Source of the DNA: an uncultured Lachnospiraceae bacterium
GTDB taxonomy: Bacteria; Bacillota; Clostridia; Lachnospirales; Lachnospiraceae
NCBI GenBank assembly: GCA_964631375.1
Contig: CAZVYQ010000004.1
Location: 12,910 to 76,909, forward strand
Length of the DNA: 64,000 nucleotides
Reading direction: 5' to 3'
Made by a program: the position numbers and the translations under genes. Under the pieces are notes generated by a model that ran no database searches, was not told the origin of the DNA, and saw only the letters and a list, made by a program, of their open reading frames with translations. Shown here in pieces: positions 28,949 to 37,972 of the stretch (within the stretch, counting starts at the first letter, position 1; each line of letters begins with the position of its first letter).

Positions 28949-29560
28949 TTATATTGACTTGATCACTTCAATTCTTGTAATCACATCTTTATCCATCTTA
29001 GCGATACGCAGGGCAAAATCACTGTAGTAGACACAGGAGCCGGTTGCGATTTCCTTTTCGTCTTCTTCAAGCTTTTTATGAACAACTTCACCCAGAGTAG
29101 AACCATCTTCCAATGGAATGTGAATGCGGAACAACCAGTTGATGGTTTTAATATGCTGTGTGGCACGAAAAATGGCAGCACTCGTTTCATCAAAAGCACA
29201 AAACAGATATTTTCTGGTGGCAAAGAGACCTGCAATCGCAGCAACACCAATCAATGTCTCATAGGCAGAGGCATGGTATACGATCATTTGTCTTGCAGTT
29301 GCAAAAAGAAGAACTTCTATAATTGTCTCGGGAGTGTGCTTGCAGAGCATCTTGACAAATTCGACACCTACAGCCAGATTGAGTGCCATGGTTAAAAAGG
29401 TGGTCAAATTATCCTGCCCGTTTACATAACTTCTGGAATCAACTACTGTCATAAAAAATTTAAGTGACAGAATGATCAGCATAATGATCATCAGTACGGA
29501 GATGAATAGTTCCAGACAATTTGCCACATGCAGCATACTTTCCTCGAATCGTTTTCTCAT
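28949..29560 (-). CDS. PsiE-like membrane protein with an extra C-terminal soluble domain
   Basis: Four-TM pattern with VGVEFVKML and ATARQMIV resembles PsiE. This is weak recognition. Confidence 0.35.
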   Translation of the reverse strand: MRKRFEESMLHVANCLELFISVLMIIMLIILSLKFFMTVVDSRSYVNGQDNLTTFLTMALNLAVGVEFVKMLCKHTPETIIEVLLFATARQMIVYHASAYETLIGVAAIAGLFATRKYLFCAFDETSAAIFRATQHIKTINWLFRIHIPLEDGSTLGEVVHKKLEEDEKEIATGSCVYYSDFALRIAKMDKDVITRIEVIKSI

Positions 29561-29653
29561 GAGCCCTCCCAGAGTGATAGATGAATTGGTAAAAGAGTTG
29601 CAATTATCATTATAAAGGAAACTGTGTGTATTCGTAAAGGGTAATTATTTGTC

Positions 29654-29695
29654 AAAAAAAGAACAACAGTAGAAATGGATTCGACTGTTGTTCTT
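29654..29695 (-). terminator. Terminator after the MFS gene (minus strand)
   Basis: agaacaacagt / actgttgttct stem. The T run on the minus strand appears as aaaaaaa on plus at 29654-29660. Confidence 0.65.
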
Positions 29696-29719
29696 GATTT
29701 AATATAGTAATTATAAAAA

Positions 29720-31042
29720 CTATTTCTGTTCTGCTGTCTTCTTACCTACCATCGTAAAACAGATGATTGCTGCTACGATGTACAGAGCGATTGTTACATA
29801 GAGCACCATCTGGTATCCGGTCGGATTAACCTTGATGATCTCTTCGGTACCGTCAGCCAGCACATGTGGCAGATCTACTTCGGTACCAAATCTCTTGACA
29901 ATCCAGGTTGCTAACTGATTACCGGAAAGTCCTGCAAACGCCCAAGCAGAAAGTGTGATACCATGAATTGCACTGATATTCTGCATTCCATAATGATCTG
30001 AGAGTAGTGTAGGAACATTACTGAAACCACCACCATATCCGGCATTGACTACAAAGAGCAATATCAGTACAAGAACCATAAAGAATGTATTTTGTCCCAT
30101 ATTGGTGATACCCTGTGTCAGGATAACTAGACCGGTTGCAACAATGGACAAAATAAAGATGATCTTGTAAATACTGTTACGATCTTTATAATAATCGGCC
30201 CATGCTGAGAATCCAAGACGTCCGGCTGCATTGAAGACTGCAGTAACTGAGGAGAGGATACCAACGATTCCGACCAAACCAATACACTTGATGATCATTT
30301 TTTCCTGAGAGATCAGAGCAAGACCACAGGTGATATTAATATAGAACATCAACCAAATACCGATGAAAGTAACAGGTTTTGTCTTGATGACATCAAATGG
30401 ACGTGATCCCTTTTCAGCTGAAGTCGGTTCATGCCAGCCTTCAGGCTTCTTTAGGAGCAGATGTCCAACAAACATCATAATGAAATATACGATTGCAAGG
30501 ATATAGAACATCTTGAAGATGCCTTCTTTTCCAAGTGAATCAAGCAGAGCCTGCATAATTGGACTTGCGATTGCCTTGGCAGCACCAAAGCCTGCAACTG
30601 CAAGACCTGTAGCCAGTCCCTTGCGATCCTCAAACCATAACATTAAGGTCTTTACCGGTGAAAGATAACCTGTACCGAGACCGATTCCCATGATAAAACC
30701 ATAGCATACATAGATACCAATGAGTGATACCAGACTTCCTTGATGAGCACCGCCGTACCAGATAAAGAAACCTGTTCCTGCCATACCAAGTGTAAAGCAA
30801 ATCGTTGCAATCAAAGAAGATTTGTGAATATCCTTTTCTACGATACCGCCAAGGAATGCAGCGGACATACCGAGAAAGAAAATTGCGAAACTGAATGCCC
30901 ATTCTGTGGCACCCTTGGAAAATCCGATGTAATCTGCGATTTCCTGACTGAAGATTGACCAGCAGTACACCGTACCGATACTGCAATGAAGCAGAAGTGC
31001 AGGAATAGCTGCTCTGGTCCACTTGTTACTGTATTTCCCCAT
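29720..31042 (-). CDS. MFS transporter, oxalate/formate antiporter (OFA)-like family
   Basis: Twelve-TM profile. N-terminal RAAIPALLLHCSIGTVYCWSIF is typical of OFA/L-lactate-type MFS transporters. Confidence 0.75.
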   Translation of the reverse strand: MGKYSNKWTRAAIPALLLHCSIGTVYCWSIFSQEIADYIGFSKGATEWAFSFAIFFLGMSAAFLGGIVEKDIHKSSLIATICFTLGMAGTGFFIWYGGAHQGSLVSLIGIYVCYGFIMGIGLGTGYLSPVKTLMLWFEDRKGLATGLAVAGFGAAKAIASPIMQALLDSLGKEGIFKMFYILAIVYFIMMFVGHLLLKKPEGWHEPTSAEKGSRPFDVIKTKPVTFIGIWLMFYINITCGLALISQEKMIIKCIGLVGIVGILSSVTAVFNAAGRLGFSAWADYYKDRNSIYKIIFILSIVATGLVILTQGITNMGQNTFFMVLVLILLFVVNAGYGGGFSNVPTLLSDHYGMQNISAIHGITLSAWAFAGLSGNQLATWIVKRFGTEVDLPHVLADGTEEIIKVNPTGYQMVLYVTIALYIVAAIICFTMVGKKTAEQK

Positions 31043-31087
31043 AATGAGATACTTCCTTTCTTTTGTTGACGCATAAAAACCTTAGTT

Positions 31088-31116
31088 ATTATAGCAAAAT
31101 GCAGTAGAAATAACAA
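31088..31116 (-). promoter_or_regulatory. Sigma-A-type promoter for the MFS gene (minus strand)
   Basis: On the minus strand: TTGTTA, a 17-nt spacer, then TGcTATAAT. Confidence 0.45.
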
Positions 31117-31120
31117 GCAC

Positions 31121-31157
31121 AAAAAAAGGACTCATTATCAGTTGCTGACACGAGCCC
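31121..31157 (-). terminator. Terminator/attenuator between the mini-peptide genes and the MFS gene (minus strand)
   Basis: On the minus strand: GGGCTC...GAGTCC hairpin with one G-U pair, followed by TTTTTTT. Confidence 0.5.
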
Positions 31158-31170
31158 TTCTCATATAAAA

Positions 31171-31278
31171 CTATTTTTTGTCCTTTGCTTTTTTCTTATC
31201 ATCAACAATTCCAATGACCATGCAGAAAACCAGTGCAAGACCCGTAAAAATTAATACTGCATATCCATCGACACCCAT
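31171..31278 (-). CDS. Unannotated 35-aa hydrophobic peptide with a lysine-rich tail (MGVDGYAVLIFTGLALVFCMVIGIVDDKKKAKDKK)
   Basis: ATG preceded by GGAGGAG at 5 nt. One TM helix. Below the 60-aa ORF-track cutoff. Confidence 0.45.
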   Translation of the reverse strand: MGVDGYAVLIFTGLALVFCMVIGIVDDKKKAKDKK

Positions 31279-31298
31279 GTGTGCTCCTCCCTTCAGAT

Positions 31299-31391
31299 TT
31301 ATTCGTGACTACTGTTTTCATACCATATGCCACCAATGATTCCGACGACACAGATTACAATTCCTAATATTCCCCATATATCAAGCTGCAT
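31299..31391 (-). CDS. Unannotated 30-aa hydrophobic peptide (MQLDIWGILGIVICVVGIIGGIWYENSSHE)
   Basis: ATG preceded by GGAGGG at 5 nt. One TM helix. It ends 20 nt upstream of the next mini-ORF. Confidence 0.45.
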   Translation of the reverse strand: MQLDIWGILGIVICVVGIIGGIWYENSSHE

Positions 31392-31479
31392 ATTAGCCCT
31401 CCTTGATCATTTGCTTTCGTCTCATTCTCATCTTTCAAGATAGATGAAGGAGAACGAAAAGACAATGTTTCAGCATGAA

Positions 31480-31520
31480 TCTTAGCAGTAAATTAGCGTA
31501 TTCTTAGCAGCATCTTAACA
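31480..31520. promoter_or_regulatory. Four phased TTA(G/A)C(A/G) hexamers at exact 11-bp spacing; candidate OmpR-family binding array
   Basis: TTAGCA at 31482, TTAGCG at 31493, TTAGCA at 31504 and TTAACA at 31515. The longer unit TCTTAGCAG repeats at 31480 and 31502. Confidence 0.45.
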
Positions 31521-31549
31521 AAAATGAGATTGCAGTTTATGACCATACG

Positions 31550-32650
31550 TTGCATAATAAATCTATGAAAATTAAGGATATAATTTTGACAATTTTACTA
31601 TTGGCTGCAGCAATGGGATGTTCTTTTTTGTTATTTTGGATGGTTCCGGAGAATATGGCCAATGTTGTGCTGATCTACATACTTGCTCTGATTGTGATTG
31701 CACGGTATACAACAGGGTACTGGTATGGGATTTTTGCGTCACTTTTCTGTGTCATTTCTATTAATTACTGCTTTACTTATCCTTATTTTGAATTGAATTT
31801 TACCCTGACGGGTTATCCGATTACATTTGTAGAACTCCTTTCTATTTCCTTAATTACAAGTACAACAACCTCTCATATGAAAAAACAGTCTCAGGTATTA
31901 GCCGATCGTGAGCATCAGTTGATGGAGGCACAAAAGGAGAAGATGCGTGCCAATCTTCTGCGTGCCATATCTCATGATCTTCGAACCCCTCTTACAGGGA
32001 TCATTGGAACGGCTGCTGCCTGTATGGAGGATGAACAAAGACTTACATCTGAGGAACGCATGGAGATGTTGGGACATATCCGCGAGGATTCTGATTGGCT
32101 GTTAAATATGGTGGATAATCTACTGACAGTTACGCGCATTCAGGATGACGCAACATCTGTTCACAAAAGTGAGGAGATTGTGGAGGAGGTTGTAGGTGAG
32201 GCATTGACACGTTTGAAAAAACGATTTCCTGTTGCTGAAGTAGTGGTTCGGATTCCCGAAGAACCGATTTTGATTCCGATGGATGCAATGCTAATAGAAC
32301 AGGTTATCATCAATCTGTTGGAGAATGCCATTGTTCATTCTGAGAGTCGGTCTCCGATAGAATTGATTGTTACAAAAGGAAATCATGAAGTAATCTTTTG
32401 CGTCAGGGATTATGGAATTGGTATTACAGATCTGGATACGATCTTTGATGGAGTTCCACAGCAGGGAACTACCCCCAGTGCTGACAGTCACCGAGGAATG
32501 GGAATCGGACTGACGATCTGTAGGACAATTGTACTTGCACATGGAGGAAGTATTACAGCAAATAACCATGAAAATGGTGCAGAATTTATTTTTTCATTAC
32601 CACAGGAGGAAGGAAGCCATGAATCCATCATTTCAGATACTCATCATTGA
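31550..32650 (+). CDS. Sensor histidine kinase of the KdpD C-terminal type (DUF4118 membrane module, HisKA, HATPase)
   Basis: Four TM helices resembling DUF4118. H-box ISHDLRTPLT. N-box LLENAIVHS. G-box GMGIGLTICR. The N-terminal KdpD/Usp domains are absent. The start may be the ATG at 31565. Confidence 0.75.
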   Translation: MHNKSMKIKDIILTILLLAAAMGCSFLLFWMVPENMANVVLIYILALIVIARYTTGYWYGIFASLFCVISINYCFTYPYFELNFTLTGYPITFVELLSISLITSTTTSHMKKQSQVLADREHQLMEAQKEKMRANLLRAISHDLRTPLTGIIGTAAACMEDEQRLTSEERMEMLGHIREDSDWLLNMVDNLLTVTRIQDDATSVHKSEEIVEEVVGEALTRLKKRFPVAEVVVRIPEEPILIPMDAMLIEQVIINLLENAIVHSESRSPIELIVTKGNHEVIFCVRDYGIGITDLDTIFDGVPQQGTTPSADSHRGMGIGLTICRTIVLAHGGSITANNHENGAEFIFSLPQEEGSHESIISDTHH

Positions 32651-33320
32651 GGATGAAGAAAATATTTGTGAGTTTATGAAACGAGTATTAACTTCACAAG
32701 GCTACAAGGTTTACATAACATACAACGGAAGGGACGGACTTTCAGCAATTTCATCTACCTGTCCGGATTTGATCATATTGGATCTGGGACTTCCTGATAT
32801 TGATGGAATCAGCATCATCGAGAAGGTAAGAGAGTGGAGTAGTAGTCCTATTGTAGTTGTTTCAGCCAGAACGCATGAGAATGACAAGGTATTGGCTCTG
32901 GATGCAGGAGCAGATGACTACATAACGAAGCCATTTGGAACTTCTGAATTGTTAGCACGCATTCGGACATCTCTACGTCATGGTAACCGATTAAATAAAG
33001 ATTCATCCATAACAATTCGACCATATCACGCCAAGGATTTGTTTATTGATTTTGATCGAAGAATTATCACAATTGATCAAAAGCCAATCCATCTGACACC
33101 TGTAGAATATAAGATTGTTACCTACCTTGCCAGAAATTCGGGAAAGGTTCTGACCTATACGTCCATTATGCAGGCGGTATGGGGGCCATATATTGAGGAG
33201 GATACGAAGATTCTCCGAGTGAACATGGCTAATATAAGAAGAAAACTGGAGCACAATCCGGGGGTTCCCCAATATATTTTTACTGAAATCGGAGTTGGAT
33301 ACCGGATGCTGGATGGCTAA
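32619..33320 (+). CDS. OmpR/KdpE-family response regulator
   Basis: Receiver domain (ILIIEDEE...LDLGLPDIDG). Winged-helix output (LTPVEYKIV...GVGYRM). The ATG at 32619 overlaps the kinase gene. Confidence 0.85.
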   Translation: MNPSFQILIIEDEENICEFMKRVLTSQGYKVYITYNGRDGLSAISSTCPDLIILDLGLPDIDGISIIEKVREWSSSPIVVVSARTHENDKVLALDAGADDYITKPFGTSELLARIRTSLRHGNRLNKDSSITIRPYHAKDLFIDFDRRIITIDQKPIHLTPVEYKIVTYLARNSGKVLTYTSIMQAVWGPYIEEDTKILRVNMANIRRKLEHNPGVPQYIFTEIGVGYRMLDG

Positions 33321-33440
33321 ATCATAGAGCGAACCAGAGTTGTTAAAAACATGTTAAGAAATATCTTAAAATCTTTCTCTTCCCAGGATCTACTGCTAAA
33401 ATGCACATGAATGATGCATAAGCTTAAGGAGGTAAGAGGG

Positions 33441-33584
33441 ATGAATATCGGAGTTCTGATCATTGCAATTGTAGGCGGGGCAGTAGGAGCACTTTCAACA
33501 TTGTATCTGGTTGTCAGCTTTCCGGCGGTGCTGATCTGGAAGATCTACCGCAGAGTTCGTTTTGGAATATCAATAACAGGTTGA
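33441..33584 (+). CDS. Unannotated 47-aa membrane peptide (MNIGVLIIAIVGGAVGALSTLYLVVSFPAVLIWKIYRRVRFGISITG)
   Basis: AAGGAGG RBS 8 nt upstream. A strong terminator follows immediately. Confidence 0.45.
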   Translation: MNIGVLIIAIVGGAVGALSTLYLVVSFPAVLIWKIYRRVRFGISITG

Positions 33585-33591
33585 GTGTAAC

Positions 33592-33620
33592 AGCCGGGTG
33601 GAAAACCACCCGGTTTTTTA
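33592..33620 (+). terminator. Rho-independent terminator
   Basis: ccgggtgg / ccacccgg stem followed by tttttt. Confidence 0.7.
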
Positions 33621-33689
33621 ATGCCTATGACCAATTATAGACATCAAAATATTTTTTGAATCACAGACGAAAATTTAGTTAAATTTAGA

Positions 33690-33718
33690 TGGCATAATGA
33701 AAACAATTCTGCTATAAT
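33690..33718 (+). promoter_or_regulatory. Extended -10 promoter upstream of cysK
   Basis: TGcTATAAT at 33710-33718. The -35 (TGGCAT) is weak. Confidence 0.35.
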
Positions 33719-33755
33719 CATTTAGATATATGCCTAGAAGGATTGGAGAAATAAA

Positions 33756-34685
33756 ATGGTCTACAATGATGTACTAGAGGCAATCGGTCATACGCCGATC
33801 ATTCGGCTCAATAAAATGACAGAACCGGGTTCGGCTGAAATCCTGGTGAAGTACGAAGGACTCAACGTAGGAGGCTCTATTAAAACCAGAACTGCTTATA
33901 ATATGTTGAAGCAGGCTGAAAAGCAGGGCTTAATTCATGAAAACACAATTATTGTTGAGCCAACCAGCGGTAATCAGGGCATCGGTCTTGCACTTGTCGG
34001 TGCAGTCAGAGGCTATCAAGTTCGTATCATTATGCCGGACTCCGTTAGTGAGGAGAGAACCAAATTGGTGGAGGCATATGGTGCCGAGGTGATCAGAATC
34101 CATGATGCCGGAGATATCGGAGCATGCATTGAAGAATGTCTCCAGACTGCTCTTCGCATGGAGCGTGAGGATCCAAATGTATTTGTTCCACAACAGTTCA
34201 CCAATCCCAACAACCCGAAGGTTCATAAATATCATACAGGAGTGGAGATTCTTGAACAGGTCGAGGGTCCGATTGACGGATTTTGCTCAGGCGTGGGTAC
34301 AGGTGGTACGATTTCCGGGATCGGAGAGGTATTGAAAAGCCAGAATCCAGATATCAAGATCTGGGCTGTAGAACCTGAAAATGCAGCGATTTTGTCCGGA
34401 GGCAGCATCGGAACACATCTGCAGATGGGAATCGGAGACGGACTCATTCCACAGAATCTCAATACCAAAATATATGAAAACATTTGTATCATTACCGATG
34501 AGGAAGCACTCAACACATCTAAAAGGCTGATGAGAGAAGAAGGCTTGATGTGTGGCATTTCAAGCGGTTCTAATGTGGCAGCTGCTATCAAGATGGCGAG
34601 AATGCTTGGGAAAGGTAAGACAGTTGTAACGATTTTGCCGGATACAGGTGAGAGATATTTCAGCACAGAACTATTTACGAAGTAA
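33756..34685 (+). CDS. cysK: Cysteine synthase A (O-acetylserine sulfhydrylase)
   Basis: PLP-enzyme pattern: GGSIKTRTA, EPTSGNQGIGLA, GVGTGGTISG. Confidence 0.85.
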   Translation: MVYNDVLEAIGHTPIIRLNKMTEPGSAEILVKYEGLNVGGSIKTRTAYNMLKQAEKQGLIHENTIIVEPTSGNQGIGLALVGAVRGYQVRIIMPDSVSEERTKLVEAYGAEVIRIHDAGDIGACIEECLQTALRMEREDPNVFVPQQFTNPNNPKVHKYHTGVEILEQVEGPIDGFCSGVGTGGTISGIGEVLKSQNPDIKIWAVEPENAAILSGGSIGTHLQMGIGDGLIPQNLNTKIYENICIITDEEALNTSKRLMREEGLMCGISSGSNVAAAIKMARMLGKGKTVVTILPDTGERYFSTELFTK

Positions 34686-34735
34686 TCATTAACCGGTGAG
34701 CGGGAAAGATTCAAATACGAAGGGAGAATATAGAA

Positions 34736-37700
34736 ATGAAAAAAAGAGACGACATCCACAAAATCCTGATCATAGGCTCGGGTCCGATCATCATCGGGCA
34801 GGCTTGTGAGTTTGATTATTCAGGAACACAGGCGTGCAAGGCATTACGCAAACTCGGTTATGAAATCGTGCTTGTTAATTCCAACCCCGCAACGATCATG
34901 ACAGACCCCGATACGGCTGATGTGACCTACATTGAGCCATTGAATGTTGACAGATTAGAGCAGATCATTGCAAAGGAAAGACCGGATGGTTTATTGCCGA
35001 ATTTGGGCGGACAGTCAGGTCTTAATCTTTGCTCTGAACTAGCCAAGGCGGGTATACTTGATAAGTATAATGTTCAGGTCATCGGTGTTCAGGTAGATGC
35101 AATTGAACGTGGCGAGGATAGAATCGAGTTCAAGAAGACTATGAGTTCGCTCGGTATTGAAATGGCAAGAAGTGAGGTTGCTTATTCAGTGGATGAGGCT
35201 CTGGCAATTGCAGAAAAGCTCGGATATCCGGTGGTTCTGCGTCCTGCCTATACAATGGGCGGTGCCGGTGGCGGTCTCGTATATAATATAGAAGAATTAA
35301 AGACGGTCTGTGAGCGCGGCTTGCAGGCAAGTCTGGTTGGACAGGTTCTGGTTGAGGAATCTGTACTTGGATGGGAAGAACTTGAACTGGAGGTTGTTCG
35401 GGATGCCTCAGGTAATATGATTACAGTATGCTTTATTGAGAACATTGATCCTCTGGGAGTTCATACAGGAGATTCCTTCTGTAGCGCACCGATGCTTACA
35501 ATTCCTGAGGAAGCACAGATGGAACTGCAGAGACAGGCATATAAGATTGTAGATGCGATTCAGGTCATTGGCGGAACCAATGTACAGTTTGCACGTAATA
35601 CAGAAACCGGAAGAATCATTGTAATAGAGATTAATCCCAGAACTTCACGTTCTTCTGCACTTGCCAGCAAAGCAACAGGCTTCCCGATTGCACTTGTTTC
35701 GGCAATGCTTGCAACGGGTCTTGATCTATCTGATATACCATGTGGTAAGTATGGTACACTGGACAAATATAAACCGGATGGTGACTATATTGTAATCAAG
35801 TTTGCACGCTGGGCATTTGAAAAATTCAAAGGTGCTGAGGATAAGCTTGGAACACAGATGCGAGCAGTCGGCGAAGTAATGAGCATCGGCAAGACCTACA
35901 AAGAGGCTTTTCAGAAGGCAATCAGAAGTCTGGAGACCGGACGATATGGTCTGGGTGTGGAGAAGTTCAAGAGCCTTACTAAGAAGGAGTTGCTAGATCG
36001 TTTACATGTTCCTACCAGTGAGCGTCAGTTTATTATGTATGAGGCACTACGTAAGGGTGCTACGGTTGAGGAATTATATGATCTGACCAAAATCAAACCA
36101 TATTTCATCGAACAGATGGAAGAGCTGGTATTAGAGGAAGAAGCACTGAAACTCCATGAAGGTGAGGTGCCTCCGACAGATGTACTTCGTTCAGCCAAGA
36201 AAAACGGTTTCTCTGACAGATATTTAAGTGGACTTTTAAAGATTTCCGAGGAGAAGATCAGAAATGCAAGGATCGCGGCCGGTATCACAGAGGCATGGGA
36301 GGGTGTACACGTCAGCGGAACCGAAGATAGTGCATATTACTATTCCTCCTATAATATGAAGGATGAAAGCAAGGTGAATACAGATAAGCCTAAGATCATG
36401 ATTCTGGGTGGCGGACCAAACAGAATCGGTCAGGGTATCGAATTTGACTATTGCTGTGTACATGCCGCCATGGCACTCAAGAAGCTTGGTTTTGAGACGA
36501 TCATAGTAAACTGTAATCCTGAGACGGTATCGACGGATTATGATACCTCAGACAAATTATACTTTGAGCCTTTGACACTTGAGGATGTACTCAGTATCCA
36601 TGACAAAGAGAAACCGGTTGGAGTGATTGCACAGTTTGGTGGTCAGACACCACTCAATCTGGCAGCTGATCTGAAAAAGTATGGTGTCAATATTTTGGGA
36701 ACCACTCCGGAAACCATTGATCTGGCAGAGGACAGAGATCTGTTCCGTGCTATGATGGACAAGCTTGGCATCCCGATGCCGGAATCAGGAATGGCAGTGA
36801 ATGTGGATGAAGCACTTGCAATTGCAGCAAGGATTGGCTATCCTGTAATGGTTCGTCCATCCTATGTACTCGGTGGACGCGGCATGGAGGTTGTTCATGA
36901 TGATGATGCACTACGTGTCTATATGGCAGCAGCAGTTGGTGTCACACCGGACAGACCGATTCTGATTGACCGTTTTCTGCATAACGCTCTGGAATGTGAG
37001 GCAGATGCCATCAGTGATGGAACGGATGCATATGTTCCTGCTGTTATGGAGCATATCGAGCTTGCAGGTATTCATTCGGGAGATTCAGCCTGTGTGATTC
37101 CTTCCATCAATATATCAGATGAAAATGTTAAGATTATAAAAGAATATACGATGAAAATCGCAAAGGAAATGAATGTACGCGGTCTGATGAATATGCAGTA
37201 TGCAATCGAGGATGGAAAGGTGTATGTATTGGAAGCAAATCCAAGAGCTTCTCGTACTGTGCCTCTTGTATCCAAGGTATGTAACATCAGAATGGTTCCA
37301 CTTGCAACAGAGATCATCACCTCAGAACTGACAGGTAGAAAATCACCGGTATCAGATCTGAAGGAGAAGAAATTCTCTCACTACGGAGTCAAGGAAGCAG
37401 TCTTCCCATTTAATATGTTCCAGGAGGTAGATCCGCTACTCGGACCGGAGATGCGTTCCACGGGAGAGGTTCTCGGAATGGCAGAGGACTTCGGTACAGC
37501 ATACTTTAAGGCACAGGAAGCAACACAGACAAAATTGCCGTTAAAGGGCACCGTGCTGATCAGCGTCAATGACCGTGATAAGGAAGAATTGGTTGAGGTC
37601 GCAAGAGGCTTCCATGAATGTGGATTCAAGATCATTGCAACAAGAGGAACCGCAGATCTGATCAATGCAAACGGCATTCCGGCAACCAAGGTGTTCAAAC

Positions 37701-37948
37701 TGCAGCAGGGCAGACCCAATATTTTAGATGCAATTACCAATAATGAGGTTGACATTGTGATCAATACGCCGGATGATAAGAAGGGAGCCATGGATGACAG
37801 CTACATTCGTAAGGGAGTCATCAAAGGTCGCATTCCATATGTGACCACAATGGCAGCAGCCAAAGCATCCATCCAGGGCATCAAGGCAATGCAAAAGTCA
37901 TTAGGGGATGTGAAGTCGTTACAGAAATTTCATAGCGGGATAAAATAG
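34736..37948 (+). CDS. carB: Carbamoyl-phosphate synthase large subunit
   Basis: 1070 aa. Duplicated ATP-grasp halves (ILIIGSGPIIIGQACEFDYSG and IMILGGGPNRIGQGIEFDYC). MGS-like C-terminal domain. Confidence 0.95.
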   Translation: MKKRDDIHKILIIGSGPIIIGQACEFDYSGTQACKALRKLGYEIVLVNSNPATIMTDPDTADVTYIEPLNVDRLEQIIAKERPDGLLPNLGGQSGLNLCSELAKAGILDKYNVQVIGVQVDAIERGEDRIEFKKTMSSLGIEMARSEVAYSVDEALAIAEKLGYPVVLRPAYTMGGAGGGLVYNIEELKTVCERGLQASLVGQVLVEESVLGWEELELEVVRDASGNMITVCFIENIDPLGVHTGDSFCSAPMLTIPEEAQMELQRQAYKIVDAIQVIGGTNVQFARNTETGRIIVIEINPRTSRSSALASKATGFPIALVSAMLATGLDLSDIPCGKYGTLDKYKPDGDYIVIKFARWAFEKFKGAEDKLGTQMRAVGEVMSIGKTYKEAFQKAIRSLETGRYGLGVEKFKSLTKKELLDRLHVPTSERQFIMYEALRKGATVEELYDLTKIKPYFIEQMEELVLEEEALKLHEGEVPPTDVLRSAKKNGFSDRYLSGLLKISEEKIRNARIAAGITEAWEGVHVSGTEDSAYYYSSYNMKDESKVNTDKPKIMILGGGPNRIGQGIEFDYCCVHAAMALKKLGFETIIVNCNPETVSTDYDTSDKLYFEPLTLEDVLSIHDKEKPVGVIAQFGGQTPLNLAADLKKYGVNILGTTPETIDLAEDRDLFRAMMDKLGIPMPESGMAVNVDEALAIAARIGYPVMVRPSYVLGGRGMEVVHDDDALRVYMAAAVGVTPDRPILIDRFLHNALECEADAISDGTDAYVPAVMEHIELAGIHSGDSACVIPSINISDENVKIIKEYTMKIAKEMNVRGLMNMQYAIEDGKVYVLEANPRASRTVPLVSKVCNIRMVPLATEIITSELTGRKSPVSDLKEKKFSHYGVKEAVFPFNMFQEVDPLLGPEMRSTGEVLGMAEDFGTAYFKAQEATQTKLPLKGTVLISVNDRDKEELVEVARGFHECGFKIIATRGTADLINANGIPATKVFKLQQGRPNILDAITNNEVDIVINTPDDKKGAMDDSYIRKGVIKGRIPYVTTMAAAKASIQGIKAMQKSLGDVKSLQKFHSGIK

Positions 37949-37972
37949 CACCAATATTCAGGAGGAATCGTC

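Noticed and set aside
31550-32650. Annotation as full-length KdpD potassium sensor
   Set aside because: The protein is only 366 aa. It lacks the N-terminal KdpD and Usp domains, and no kdpFABC genes are nearby. It is called a KdpD-C-terminal-type kinase instead.
34232-34759. 175-aa minus-strand ORF overlapping the 3' half of cysK
   Set aside because: It is antisense to a strongly supported PLP-enzyme gene and is Ser/Pro-rich, consistent with a shadow frame.
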